64,000 nucleotides of DNA from the NCBI GenBank assembly GCA_038131935.1, contig JAYPQH010000032.1:32001-96000 (forward strand), given 5' to 3'. The position numbers were made by a program, and so were the translations under genes. This document shows positions 30,586-41,536 of this stretch, piece after piece (the first letter of the stretch is position 1; each line of letters opens with the position of its first letter). Origin of the DNA: Alphaproteobacteria bacterium (lineage in GTDB: Bacteria; Pseudomonadota; Alphaproteobacteria; UBA8317). The notes beneath the pieces were generated by a model that saw only the letters and a program-made list of their open reading frames with translations, was not told the origin of the DNA and searched no databases.

Positions 30586-31395
30586 ATGAAATATTTTTCA
30601 CTCGCTGATAGAGGAAAACTTGCCTACGAGCTAACGGTACCTTCTCATGAGGACGGTATGACCTTTGTGTTTATCAATGCACTAACAGGTCATATGAGCG
30701 CATGGCACAATGAGACCATTACAGGGCAGTTACAAGCTGCTGGACATGGCACGTTATGTTACAACTTTCGAGGTCAGGAATTCAGCAGTTACTCTGGTCC
30801 CGAAGATGTTACCCCCCAAACCATTACCAATGATGTCATTGAATTGCTTCAAGGTTTGCAGCCTCCAAAGCCTATTCTTGTTGGCTTATCAATTGGTGGC
30901 TTATTCGCCGCTCAGGCTCATTTGTCGGGTATAAATTGTGAAGCCTTGGTATTCATCAACACCTTACGCAAACCTGGTGTTCGTTTGGACTGGATTAACA
31001 AAGCCATGGTCGCTGCCGCAACTATTGGCGGTAGCCAGCTTGTCATGGAGATGAACCTACCCCACTTGGTCAACCCAGATTTTGTTGAAGCTGCATGGCC
31101 TAATGCTCAATTTGAGAATTATACCCCTGGCAATCCTGAAGATGGCTTATATCAATTACTTGCACAATCACCACAGGCAGATTGGAATGTGATGTATGAG
31201 GATATTACGGCACCAGTTTTATCCATTACAGGGGTGCATGATCATGTTTTTCGTCGAGAAGATGACGTTGCGCAATTGGCATCACGTATTGCAAACCATA
31301 AAGAAATTCAAATGAACAATGCTGGGCATTTGGTTCCTATGGAACGCCCTGAAGAATTTAGCTCAATCTTATTGGATTATGCACAAATGCTTTGA
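30586..31395 (+). CDS. Alpha/beta hydrolase
   Basis: GLSIGG nucleophile elbow, HD acid, GH catalytic His. Confidence 0.85.
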   Translation: MKYFSLADRGKLAYELTVPSHEDGMTFVFINALTGHMSAWHNETITGQLQAAGHGTLCYNFRGQEFSSYSGPEDVTPQTITNDVIELLQGLQPPKPILVGLSIGGLFAAQAHLSGINCEALVFINTLRKPGVRLDWINKAMVAAATIGGSQLVMEMNLPHLVNPDFVEAAWPNAQFENYTPGNPEDGLYQLLAQSPQADWNVMYEDITAPVLSITGVHDHVFRREDDVAQLASRIANHKEIQMNNAGHLVPMERPEEFSSILLDYAQML

Positions 31396-31592
31396 ATATT
31401 TTACGATAAGATGGCATCTTATGGGTCCACTAGTATCATAATGTTTCTGCAGTAGACTGTACCCAAGCCTATCAAGTTATGCATTATTTACATAGCAGTG
31501 ATGTATTTTTTTCTATGGGCAATCTATTTAATAACCCTCTACGGTGATAATGTTGCGAATGTAGCGGCTAAATAAAGAGAGTTTTTGCTTGT

Positions 31593-32834
31593 ATGGTTGA
31601 GGATTCCCAAGGGCAGGTTGTTGATAACAACGCCTCAAAAAAATTTGTACGTCTCATTTTTTTACTTATCATTCCTCTTATTGTGATCTGGTTAGCACTT
31701 TCCTTTTATTTTTCCGGAGGAAGATTTGTTTCAACACAAAATGCTTATGTTAAAGTTCCTATTATAAATATACGTGCACAAATTGACGGTCGCATATCAC
31801 AAACACATGTAAAAGATCATGTCGCAGTGGAAAAAAATCAATTTCTTATTACGCAAGATTCACAGCTCTTAGAAGCGCAGCAGAGAGCGAAGCAAGCGCA
31901 ATTGGATAAGATTAGGGTAAATATAAGAACACAAATAGCTCAGTTACGTGAAGCTGAAGTAAATATTTTACGCGCACAGGAAGAATTGAAAATGGCGCGA
32001 AATATCCTCAAAGGCCTTGGGGATGAGTGGCAACTTAAGCGAGATATATCTGCAAACAAGGTTAGACAACTTGAGGCTGAATACAATCGGTTAAAACAGC
32101 TTGTGACAAAAGGTGCTGGCGCAAAATCACACCTGGAAAGCGTTGAATTTGAATTAAAAACGGCACGCATTGAAGCACAGAAAACGGAACTCAGGCATGA
32201 TATTGATGTCATGGAGCACAAAGTAACGCTGGCACAAAGAGAAATCATTTCTAGAGAAGCTCAGAAAGCAACATTAGAGGCCAGCTTAGGAGGTGTGAGG
32301 TACGAAACAATTAATCAACATCCTGACATTCAGAAAGTGTTTGCAGAAATAGATCAATTACAGCAAGACATCACCAATAGTAAAATCAGGGCACCAGACA
32401 ATGGCATTGTAGCTCGAATGCATTTGGAACCAGGTGAATATCTGGAGCAAGGGGATGTCGTCATGGCTATCGTTCAAACACAAGATGCTTGGATCGAAGC
32501 AAACCTCAAAGAGACAGATCTCACACAAATTCGCCCAGGCCAACCCGTTGAAATGATCGCGGACACATTTCCAAATCAGGTATTTAGTGGCGTTGTTGAG
32601 AGTATTTCAGCATCAACAGGTTCTGAATTTGCAGTCATTCCACCTCAAAATGCATCAGGCAATTGGGTTAAGGTTGTTCAACGACTTCCCGTCAAAATTT
32701 CTATAACAGATGCTAAAGGAAAATCTTTGCTACGTGCAGGGATGTCAATTTCAGTAAGAATAGACACAGGGAAATACAGAGACGCACCTTCTTGGATCTC
32801 TCCCTTTTTGTTGCCAAAGTCTATTTTTGGGTAA
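31593..32834 (+). CDS. EmrA/HlyD family membrane fusion protein
   Basis: N-terminal TM, TQNAYV, WIEANLKET, PPQNASGNWVKVVQRLPV. Confidence 0.93.
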   Translation: MVEDSQGQVVDNNASKKFVRLIFLLIIPLIVIWLALSFYFSGGRFVSTQNAYVKVPIINIRAQIDGRISQTHVKDHVAVEKNQFLITQDSQLLEAQQRAKQAQLDKIRVNIRTQIAQLREAEVNILRAQEELKMARNILKGLGDEWQLKRDISANKVRQLEAEYNRLKQLVTKGAGAKSHLESVEFELKTARIEAQKTELRHDIDVMEHKVTLAQREIISREAQKATLEASLGGVRYETINQHPDIQKVFAEIDQLQQDITNSKIRAPDNGIVARMHLEPGEYLEQGDVVMAIVQTQDAWIEANLKETDLTQIRPGQPVEMIADTFPNQVFSGVVESISASTGSEFAVIPPQNASGNWVKVVQRLPVKISITDAKGKSLLRAGMSISVRIDTGKYRDAPSWISPFLLPKSIFG

Positions 32835-32843
32835 TTAGCAACT

Positions 32844-34340
32844 GTGAATACGCCAACATTTACAAAATTTCAAAGTTGGATGCTGCTGCTTACTTGCACA
32901 TTTGTGACCACGCTTTATGCAATGGCAGTTACCATTGCATCCATTGCGCTTCCAGATATGCGTGGCGCCATGGCTGCTACGCAAGATCAAATTACCTGGA
33001 CCATCACCGGTAATATTGTAGCAACCGCCGTGGCTACACCTTTAGCAGGATGGTTGGCAGGACATATACAACCAAGGGTAATTTTATTATTTTCCGTTAC
33101 TGGATTTATAGGGACATCCATTCTTTGTGGACTTTCACAAAGTCTTGAACAAATCGTTATTTTTCGCGTTCTTCAAGGTATATTTGGAGCCCCACTTGTT
33201 CCCCTACCTCAAGCCTTGGTTTTGACGTTCTTTCCTCCCGAGAAAAGATCTATGGCTATGTCTGTGTATGGCATGGGGGTCATTTTAGGTCCAATTATAG
33301 CCCCTACCCTCGGCGGTTATTTGGGCGAGGAGTTTGGTTGGCGCTGGATCTTTTTCACATTGGTACCCTTTGGATTGTCCGCACTTATTTTGGTTTATTT
33401 GGTGGTGCCAAAATCACTTCCACGCGTGGCAAGAGGATTTGATGTCATAGGTTTTCTGGCTCTGGCAACAGCGGTTGCAAGTTTTCAATTATTATTTGAC
33501 AGAGGTGAACGGAATAGTTGGTTTGATAGCATCGAAACATGGATCGAGATTAGCTTAGGCTTCATGGGGTTATATATATTTGTCGTCCATTCTCTCACCA
33601 CCTCTAAGCCTTTTGTAGACTTACGAATTTTTGCCGATAGAAATTATGCATTGGGCCTTTTTTTGGTTTTTGTATTTGGGATGCTAAATTTTGCGCCCAT
33701 GGTTTTGTTTCCGCCGCTCATGCAAGAGCTACGTGGCTATCCCTCCTCTGTGATTGGTATTCTTATGGGCGCGCGTGGTGTTGGCACCTTCCTTGGATTT
33801 ATGATCATGGCTTTTGCAGGCAGAGTGGACCCCCGCATCCCACTCTTCATAGGTTTTGTTTTGCAAGGTATCGCAGGATGGGAAATGTCCCAATTTTCTA
33901 TCAACATGACAACTTTTGATGTTTTCTGGACAAGTGCCCTTCAAGGGTTAGGCGTTGGACTATGTTGGGTACCTATTGCTGTGGTCACATTTTCCACATT
34001 GAACAATCAATTTTTATCCGAAGGAACAGCCTTGTTTCATTTGGTCAGAAATTTTGCATCTAGTCTTTACATCTCTGTCTCCGTTGCCGTTGTCCTACGC
34101 ATGGGGGCTGTTAACTATACTGACATCGTCAACCGTATAGATATCACTGGACCTGGCTTTATGCATCAACAAGGATTGTACCAATGGGGCTCTAATACCG
34201 TGGCTGGAACCATGGGGCTAAGTCGAGAAATCTACAGACAATCTATGATGATTGGGTACATAGATTCATTCTTTTTGTTCTCCATGATAAGCTTCGCAGC
34301 ACTTTTAGGTTTGTTCTTTATTAAGCCTAAAAAGTCTTAA
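32844..34340 (+). CDS. EmrB/QacA (DHA2) MFS efflux permease
   Basis: 14-TM pattern, FRVLQG, GPIIAPTLGG, WRWIF, DRGERNSWF. Confidence 0.93.
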   Translation: MNTPTFTKFQSWMLLLTCTFVTTLYAMAVTIASIALPDMRGAMAATQDQITWTITGNIVATAVATPLAGWLAGHIQPRVILLFSVTGFIGTSILCGLSQSLEQIVIFRVLQGIFGAPLVPLPQALVLTFFPPEKRSMAMSVYGMGVILGPIIAPTLGGYLGEEFGWRWIFFTLVPFGLSALILVYLVVPKSLPRVARGFDVIGFLALATAVASFQLLFDRGERNSWFDSIETWIEISLGFMGLYIFVVHSLTTSKPFVDLRIFADRNYALGLFLVFVFGMLNFAPMVLFPPLMQELRGYPSSVIGILMGARGVGTFLGFMIMAFAGRVDPRIPLFIGFVLQGIAGWEMSQFSINMTTFDVFWTSALQGLGVGLCWVPIAVVTFSTLNNQFLSEGTALFHLVRNFASSLYISVSVAVVLRMGAVNYTDIVNRIDITGPGFMHQQGLYQWGSNTVAGTMGLSREIYRQSMMIGYIDSFFLFSMISFAALLGLFFIKPKKS

Positions 34341-35277
34341 CGTTCCTCGTTATTCTTTTCGCGTTTTTCAAGCATAATTAAATACAACGCACCTAAAACC
34401 GCACAAAGAGCAAAATAATCAAATAATGTGGGCTGCGTACCAAATATCAATGCATCAGCAAAAACACCCATTAAAGGAACAGCGATAATACCCATGGTGG
34501 AAACGACAACTGGTAAGGTTGTCACAATATAAAAATATGCAAGATAGCAGAGAATGGCTGTAAAGGTCATATTGAACAAGACAGCTAAAGCTGGATACAA
34601 AGTTACTGTTCCAAGGTTCTGAACATCCCAAAAATTGCTATGGGTAATATTGGTATAACACCTATGAGGTGCTGCCAGCCAAGCATCACGACAACAGGCA
34701 TCGTAAATTGACTATATTTGGTTAGCGTTGTCCCCAATCCCCAAGAGATGGCGGCCCCTAAAATCAAAAGAGGGCCAAGAAAACTATTTCCTAAAGTAAT
34801 ACCTTCGGCAAAAAACAAAAATGCCATGCCACTCATACCAAGCGCCAATCCTGCCATTGCTCTCTTGGTTATCCCTTCTCCCATAAGATAAATACCCGCA
34901 AGGCTTGCCCAGAGTGGCATTGTGTAGGCAAGAATTGCAGCGCGGCCAGAATTCATCGCATCTACGCCATACATCACCAACATATTCCAAATTGTCATAT
35001 TCAACAAAGCACAGAAAATCAGCAAACGACGCTGGCCTTTGGGAACACTTAGGGAATATCCACGAAACCAAGCAATCAGAAACAATCCTACAACACCCGA
35101 TGTAGAAGCGCAGGATCGGAAAACCCAAGGCGGTATCTCACTGAGCCCAACTTTCATGATAGGCCAGTTAAATCCCCAAATAATGGTGATAAAACCCATA
35201 AGCAAGAGAGCAGAAATGGGGACCTTTTGTTGGGCTCGAGTTCCTGCTCCTTGCTGGGCGTCAGGAGGCGGTCGCAT
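34337..35277 (-). CDS. DMT/EamA transporter (frameshift in a T-run near 34632 joins the two ORFs)
   Basis: WGFNWPIMK, SGRAAILAYTMPLW; C-terminal TMs in the adjacent frame. Confidence 0.82.
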
Positions 35278-36652
35278 GCATGACCGGCAATGCAGGCTCA
35301 CCAAGATAGTTGGCAACCGCACCACCTATAGAAAGAAGCCTTGCATCCTCACCAGCAGGACACATGATTTGCAAACCAACGGGCAGGTTTGCGTTCACCA
35401 AGTGCTGAATAGGTGTGGTAACTGCACAAATACCATAGATATTTGCCGGCTGCGTATTCTGTGAAGGAATGAGCGCACGCTGTAGTTGGGATGCTTGATT
35501 GACTTCTTCAATTGGCATCGGAAGACATACGCAAGTTGGCGATATCCAAGCGTCAATGCCAACGAACCGTTCAAAGGCCAACCTCTTTAACTCGCGATGG
35601 CGCTGCAGTGACTCGGCATGGGTCACGGCATCGACGTCCAACCCAAACGCAGCACGCGATGCACTCACTGGATCCATAACAGATTGGTTTTCAACAAAGC
35701 GAGAGCGGCCCAACCCTGTGATGAATTCGGGTGCAACAATCTCACGAAATAGCTTCGCTCTCTCTGATAGTTCTGGGGCCTGCATTTCAACAAATTCAAC
35801 ACCCGCTTGCGTGAGCAAGTCTAACGCCTTGTCATAACTTGCCTGGACATCAGGTTCTATATTTTCAAAAAATGTTGAGGTGGGAAGACCAAACTTGAGG
35901 CCTGACAATTTTGGTGGTTGTGGAATAGAATAACCTTCAAGCACTTCAAAAACCAAAGCCGCATCAGCTGCATTCCGACATAGAGGCCCTATGGTATCCA
36001 AGGTGGGTGATAGCGGAAAGACACCAGACGTTGGCCACATACCAACTGTAGTCTTATGTCCAAACAGTCCACAAAAAGCCGCGGGAATGCGCACTGATCC
36101 ACCCGTATCAGAGCCAATAGCAAAGCCAACCAATCCAGCAGCAGTAGCAGCTGCTGACCCACTTGACGAACCACCAGGTACCCTAAAGACATCTAGATCA
36201 TGGGGATTTCTTGGTGTTCCACGGACAGAGTTCACACCAGTTGCACCAAATGCATATTCTACAGTTTTTGTTTTGCCCAAAATTACCGCACCGGCTGCCT
36301 TTAACTTTTGAATAAAGGGTCCTTCTTGTCCCGTTGCATCTGCGCTATCTATTTTGGATCCATTTGTTGTAGGCATACCTTCAACTGCAAAGATATCCTT
36401 CACCCCTACTGGAACCCCCATAAGAGGACCAAGATAAACACCAGCATCGCGCAGCTGGTCCATACTTTGCGCAACCTTTCGTGCGCGATCAGCATCAACA
36501 AATTGAAAACTTCCGATCTGATTATCCAATTGTTCTATACGTGCTAGGAAAGCCTCCGTTACTTCTAAAGAAGTCACCTCTCCGGACTTAAATTTCTTCG
36601 CAAATGTAGAAATACCACCATCGGCAAAAGGATCATTAGGAAGCGTCGTCAT
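35261..36652 (-). CDS. Amidase-signature family amidase
   Basis: GVPVGVKD, GKT, GGSSSGS, GSDTGGSVRIPAA. Confidence 0.93.
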   Translation of the reverse strand: MTTLPNDPFADGGISTFAKKFKSGEVTSLEVTEAFLARIEQLDNQIGSFQFVDADRARKVAQSMDQLRDAGVYLGPLMGVPVGVKDIFAVEGMPTTNGSKIDSADATGQEGPFIQKLKAAGAVILGKTKTVEYAFGATGVNSVRGTPRNPHDLDVFRVPGGSSSGSAAATAAGLVGFAIGSDTGGSVRIPAAFCGLFGHKTTVGMWPTSGVFPLSPTLDTIGPLCRNAADAALVFEVLEGYSIPQPPKLSGLKFGLPTSTFFENIEPDVQASYDKALDLLTQAGVEFVEMQAPELSERAKLFREIVAPEFITGLGRSRFVENQSVMDPVSASRAAFGLDVDAVTHAESLQRHRELKRLAFERFVGIDAWISPTCVCLPMPIEEVNQASQLQRALIPSQNTQPANIYGICAVTTPIQHLVNANLPVGLQIMCPAGEDARLLSIGGAVANYLGEPALPVMHATAS

Positions 36653-36779
36653 AAGCTGTCTCCATGTTTTGAATAAACAAGATTATCGATAAAGAACTTG
36701 GCAGAAAAAGAAACATTCTGCAAAGGTATTAGGAGATACCTACAATAAAAATATTTGTACCAATAAAGGAGAAGGAACC

Positions 36780-37446
36780 ATGCCCTTATTAGGAAAAGGA
36801 ATGTTACTCACCATGACGGAGGTACCCGATGCATGGGAACAAGAATTTAATGAATGGTATAACAGAGAACATACTGACGAACGAACACAATTGCCAGGGT
36901 TTTTGAGGTCTCGTCGGTATACCGCCGTTGGTGATACAGTTTCTCCCAAATATATGGCTTGGTATGAAACGCAAGAAGTAGATGACCTAAAAGCTCCTGG
37001 CTATCTTGAATTACTCTCGGATCAAACCGAATGGTCTAAACGTATTATGGGGCAATTTTCTTTGTTCCAACGATACACCCTCGAGGTAAGCATTGACAAA
37101 ATATTTGGCTTTGCAGGTGCATTATCAATGTTACGCTTCACCCCACCCTCCTCGTCTGTGGCACGTGAAACATTACGCGCTCAAATAAATGTACTCTTAG
37201 ACAAAGCTATAGCAGGCCATGGAATGGTTGGTGGCTGCTTGTTAGAAAATGATGTTGACGTGGCGCATGCCCCACTTGTTTTCCAAGGAAAAGATATACC
37301 TGAAGGCGACCATACCCAATGGATGGTTGTTGTTGAGGGCAACATCTGAAGCTTGTCAAATAGCTTTGTCAGCGTTCCAAGAGCTTAATGAATATGTGGA
37401 CATGGAAGCTTTGCACTATCAATTCATGTTTGGAACAAGCCGTTAA
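36780..37446 (+). CDS. Hypothetical protein, DUF4286/EthD-like N-terminus (frameshift near 37340)
   Basis: EFNEWYNREH..ER...PGFLRSRRY, PKYMAWYE. Confidence 0.7.
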
Positions 37447-38213
37447 TGTTCACGACTCCATTGCTTTAACCAATCAAGACTTAATTCCGTGGGACCGTTG
37501 GGGCGATATTCAGCCCCAACAAAGGGCACAATATCTTCTTTTTCTATGAGTTCAAAAAGAAACGGAAAATTTAATTCTCCCTTCAATGGCTCACCCCTAC
37601 CAGGCACTGCAGCAAATTGTATATGACCGATATATGACTTCATTTTGATGAGTTTATCACTAAGATGTCCAGACATCCTCTGGATATGATACAAATCAAA
37701 CATCATTTTTGCTTCAGATCGGCTAAGCTCATCAAGAATGGCGCAGGCTTGCTCGGCAGTTTGCAGGAAGTAACCAGGTACGTCATACATATTTAAAGGC
37801 TCAATAAGAACCCCCATGCCTTCAATTTTGGCACGATCACAAGCTGTGTTTAAATTATCAATAAAGACCTGTTTTGCCTCCTCACCTTTGGCTATTCCTG
37901 CCATGACATGCACATTTTTGGCGCCTATTTTTGCACCATAATCAAAAGCATCTTCGATGGATTTCTGCGCGTCTTGTTCTCTTCCCAGAAGCGCACAAAG
38001 GCCATTTTCACCTTGTTGACGATCTCCCACCAGCGTATTCAGGCCCAACATGGGTAATTGTGTATCTTGCAAAGCTTTGAGAACATCTTGGCTTTTTTCT
38101 TCATAAGGCCAATGACATTCCACCGCTGAAAAACCTGCCTCATAAGCGGCATAAATTGCTTTTGGCAGAGGGAGATCTTGCCACAGAAAACCAAGGTTTG
38201 CAGAAAATTTCAT
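37443..38213 (-). CDS. otnI: 2-oxo-tetronate / hydroxypyruvate isomerase
   Basis: FSANLGFL, VHVMAG, IEPLN, FDLYH, HIQFA..PGRGEP, GAEY; operon with otnK and otnC. Confidence 0.85.
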   Translation of the reverse strand: MKFSANLGFLWQDLPLPKAIYAAYEAGFSAVECHWPYEEKSQDVLKALQDTQLPMLGLNTLVGDRQQGENGLCALLGREQDAQKSIEDAFDYGAKIGAKNVHVMAGIAKGEEAKQVFIDNLNTACDRAKIEGMGVLIEPLNMYDVPGYFLQTAEQACAILDELSRSEAKMMFDLYHIQRMSGHLSDKLIKMKSYIGHIQFAAVPGRGEPLKGELNFPFLFELIEKEDIVPFVGAEYRPNGPTELSLDWLKQWSREH

Positions 38214-38216
38214 TAA

Positions 38217-38864
38217 CTACCACTCCACATTAAATTGTCTTACGACCAGCTGGACCTGTTCTTGGGAAAGTTGCGATATTTGTTTTCCATGAAGCAACAA
38301 AGCAAGATGCGCGGTCTCTTCCAACTCTTCCATCGCAAAGCAGGCGGCTTCCAAATCCTTGCCTGCAACCACAGGTCCATGATGGGCAAGCATCACAGCT
38401 GAGCGTTTTCCTGCTAAGCCTCTAATCGCCTGACCAATTTGATCGCTTCCGGGAAGCATAAAAGGAAGCAAGGTTACTTTTCCAAGTTTCATAATCGCAT
38501 AAGGCGTTAATGGCGGAAGAAAACTCTCCTCATCTTCCACAGTCAGTAAAGATAACGCGACAGAATGTGTACTGTGCAAATGTACGACCGCACCCGTTTG
38601 AGTCCTTGTCTCATAAAAAGCTTGGTGTAGTGGCATTTCCTTGGTTGGTTTGTCACCAGAAATATGCTCTAAATTCTCGTTGAAAAGACTTAATTGCGCC
38701 GGATCAAGTCGACCAAATGATGATCCTGTTGGTGTGACCAACAACCCACCATCTTCGGTGCGCACTGAAATATTACCACTATTTCCTGACGTAAGGCCTC
38801 GATCAAACATCGACTTTGCAAAAAAACAAATATCTTCACGTAATTTTGTGTAGGCTTTTGTCAT
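38217..38864 (-). CDS. otnC: 3-oxo-tetronate 4-phosphate decarboxylase (class II aldolase)
   Basis: SGNIS, PTKEMPLH, VVHLHSTH, HHGPVV, EELEETA. Confidence 0.88.
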   Translation of the reverse strand: MTKAYTKLREDICFFAKSMFDRGLTSGNSGNISVRTEDGGLLVTPTGSSFGRLDPAQLSLFNENLEHISGDKPTKEMPLHQAFYETRTQTGAVVHLHSTHSVALSLLTVEDEESFLPPLTPYAIMKLGKVTLLPFMLPGSDQIGQAIRGLAGKRSAVMLAHHGPVVAGKDLEAACFAMEELEETAHLALLLHGKQISQLSQEQVQLVVRQFNVEW

Positions 38865-40102
38865 GACGTCAACAACTGCGAAGATTTCTCAAAGAAATTT
38901 GGCGCACCAAAATTTCCTGATTTTAGTGCCATAAACAGTCCCGTGTTTGTTTTTAATGCAGGCACCCCAGGATCAATCTCGGGGCCAATGGAAAATGATT
39001 TTATACCCAGAGCTGTCACAACAGCGCCAGAAGTTTCACCACCTGCAACGATAACTTTTGTAATCCCTGCGTCACAGAGCAATTTGGCACATTCACCAAA
39101 AAAATTCTCCAAGGTTTCCGATAATGGTGCTACACCATGGATATCTTGGCTTTGACGCACGTCTCCCGCTTCCGCAGAAGAATAGATTAGAGGCATGTCA
39201 TCATCCTGCTCTAACACCCATTGAACCACGTCTGAGGGAGATAATGTATTGTCCATGACCAGCTTGGGATCAAGTTCAAAAAAAGCATGTGACTTTTTGT
39301 GAAATTCAACTTGTTGTAAGGTTGCAATGGAGCAAGAGCCAGACAACATCACGCTTTTACCTTCAATTCCTTGCCACGGAGCCGGAGTTTCATCAATTGC
39401 TCCTTGTTTCCGAAAGTTATCGGGAAGTCCTAAACCAATACCAGAGCCCCCTGTAATGAAGACTTCTTGCGCACAAGCTTGTCCTAAGACATGAAGATCA
39501 CGATCAGAAACAGCATCAACAACAAAAAATGTTTTTTGTTTGACTTGTTCCAATTGGCGACGAACATATTCAACACCTTTAGAAACTGTACTGAAAGGAA
39601 TATGCTCCACCATGGTGGCTGTTTGGTGCCTCAACCAACGGCGAATATCTGCATCTGTCATTGGGTTTATGGGGTGATTCTGCATGCCCGATTCATGTAA
39701 CAATCGATCATTTACAAACAAATGCCCTTGGAAAACAGTACGACCAGTACCAGGAAATGCGGGGCAAAAAATGACGGATCTAGCCCCCAAATAATCGGCT
39801 ATAGCATCTGACACTGGTCCTATATTCCCCAGTTCTGTTGAGTCAAAGGTAGAACAATATTTAAAGAAAAATTGCGTGCATCCCTGATCTTTGAGCCATT
39901 TCAAAGCCTCCAGTGATTGCGCGATGGCCTCGCTTGCAGGAAGTGCACGAGACTTGAGTGCAACGATACCGGCATCAACTTCCTTATCTGCTGGCCCTGT
40001 GGGTACACCACAATATTGTGTTACACGCATCCCACCTTTTGCCAACGTGTTGGCAAGATCACTAGATCCCGTAAAATCATCCCCAATGCACCCAAGAAGC
40101 AT
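38861..40102 (-). CDS. otnK: 3-oxo-tetronate kinase (DUF1537 family)
   Basis: DDFTGSSD, ALKSR, KYCSTFDS, GNIGP, SGSCS, AGGETSG, KSGNFG. Confidence 0.92.
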   Translation of the reverse strand: MLLGCIGDDFTGSSDLANTLAKGGMRVTQYCGVPTGPADKEVDAGIVALKSRALPASEAIAQSLEALKWLKDQGCTQFFFKYCSTFDSTELGNIGPVSDAIADYLGARSVIFCPAFPGTGRTVFQGHLFVNDRLLHESGMQNHPINPMTDADIRRWLRHQTATMVEHIPFSTVSKGVEYVRRQLEQVKQKTFFVVDAVSDRDLHVLGQACAQEVFITGGSGIGLGLPDNFRKQGAIDETPAPWQGIEGKSVMLSGSCSIATLQQVEFHKKSHAFFELDPKLVMDNTLSPSDVVQWVLEQDDDMPLIYSSAEAGDVRQSQDIHGVAPLSETLENFFGECAKLLCDAGITKVIVAGGETSGAVVTALGIKSFSIGPEIDPGVPALKTNTGLFMALKSGNFGAPNFFEKSSQLLTS

Positions 40103-40369
40103 GGTCCCCCCAAAACGCGAAAATCAAATATCCGACACAATCTGCATGATGATACATGATAAAACAATCAATAATCATTACCCATGGCATGAATAACTTC
40201 TGTGTGACACCAACAGCCTGAGCAAATGTCCATCGTTTATATGATCAGTTATATGTTTCAATATTTGCAAAAATGAAAACCTATTGTCGCTAAGACCATG
40301 ACCGTATGAAGCTTGCAAATTTTATATCTTAGTGCACAGTGTTAAGGTGTGACAGTTTAGGATTTGAAG

Positions 40370-41536
40370 ATGAGCCAGATTTCTTTCCCGCCTCATGAGA
40401 GTGACCAAGTAACTTTAAAAAATTGGCGTACATCACCCCACAACCATTGGGCTTTCCATCATGTTAGAGAGATTGTACCCACCGCGCCAATTTATAACGC
40501 GCCAACCCTATCAACACCATTAGATGCGCTAAATTCCACCATTGACCTAAGTTCTTTGGAACGCCTCAAAGCACCATTAGATGCAGATGCTGTCGTGGTT
40601 ACAAAATCAGGTAAAATTGTTCATGAATGGTATGCACGAGGTATGAGCCCTCGAACACCTCATATATTGATGTCTGTATCAAAATCCCTCACTGGGCTTT
40701 TGGCAGGAGCGCTCATTGCCCATAATATTTTGAATGAAGATGATAAAGTAACGAAGTTTATACCAGAAGTTGATGACACAGCATTTCACGGTGCAAGCAT
40801 TCGCGACCTTCTCGATATGCGCGTCGGCATAGAATTCGATGAAGACTATTTGGCTACATCAGGACCCATCATAGATTATCGATATGCCGCAAATTGGAAT
40901 CCAATTCCTCAAGGCATAAATCCTTATGATTTAAGATCATTCATGACAACATTGCGATCAGGAAGCAGAAAACATGGTGGTTCGTTCCAATATGTTTCAC
41001 CATGCACAGATCTACTTGCTTGGGTTTGTGAGCGCGCATCACAAACACGCTTCCCAGACCTCTTTTCTGAATATATCTTCAAGCCTATGGGAGCTGAATT
41101 TGATGGTTACGTCACAGTTGACCGCATTGGAGGTTCAAGAGCAGCAGGCGGAATTTGCATCACGGCAAGAGATCTCGCGCGTATAGGTATATTGTTGTTA
41201 CGCAAAGGCCACATGAACGGGCATCAAATTCTTCCAGAACATTGGCTTCATGACATTATGCATGGTGGTGATCAAGACGCTTGGGTAACGGGCAGTTTTT
41301 ATGACTATTTTGAAGAAAAAAACATGCATTATCGGTCATTCTGGTATGTCCATCGCGGTGATTATCCCCTCATTCATGGCTTTGGCATTCATGGACAATA
41401 TTTATTTGTCGATCCCCTTAGAGAGATTTCTATTGCATGGTTTTCCAGTCAACCAGATCCCTTGGATGCAAGCAAAACCAATAGACTTATCAATGCTGTT
41501 AATGAATTCAGAGAGGGATGTGCTTCAAGTTTATGA
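40370..41536 (+). CDS. Beta-lactamase-fold serine hydrolase (NylB-like)
   Basis: NWR..P...WAF, HILMSVSKS (SxxK), LLDMR, FQYVSPCTDLL, GIHGQ. Confidence 0.85.
   Translation: MSQISFPPHESDQVTLKNWRTSPHNHWAFHHVREIVPTAPIYNAPTLSTPLDALNSTIDLSSLERLKAPLDADAVVVTKSGKIVHEWYARGMSPRTPHILMSVSKSLTGLLAGALIAHNILNEDDKVTKFIPEVDDTAFHGASIRDLLDMRVGIEFDEDYLATSGPIIDYRYAANWNPIPQGINPYDLRSFMTTLRSGSRKHGGSFQYVSPCTDLLAWVCERASQTRFPDLFSEYIFKPMGAEFDGYVTVDRIGGSRAAGGICITARDLARIGILLLRKGHMNGHQILPEHWLHDIMHGGDQDAWVTGSFYDYFEEKNMHYRSFWYVHRGDYPLIHGFGIHGQYLFVDPLREISIAWFSSQPDPLDASKTNRLINAVNEFREGCASSL

Noticed and set aside
31396-31592. Riboswitch or ncRNA upstream of the emrAB-like genes
   Set aside because: No recognisable aptamer consensus or stable structure by eye
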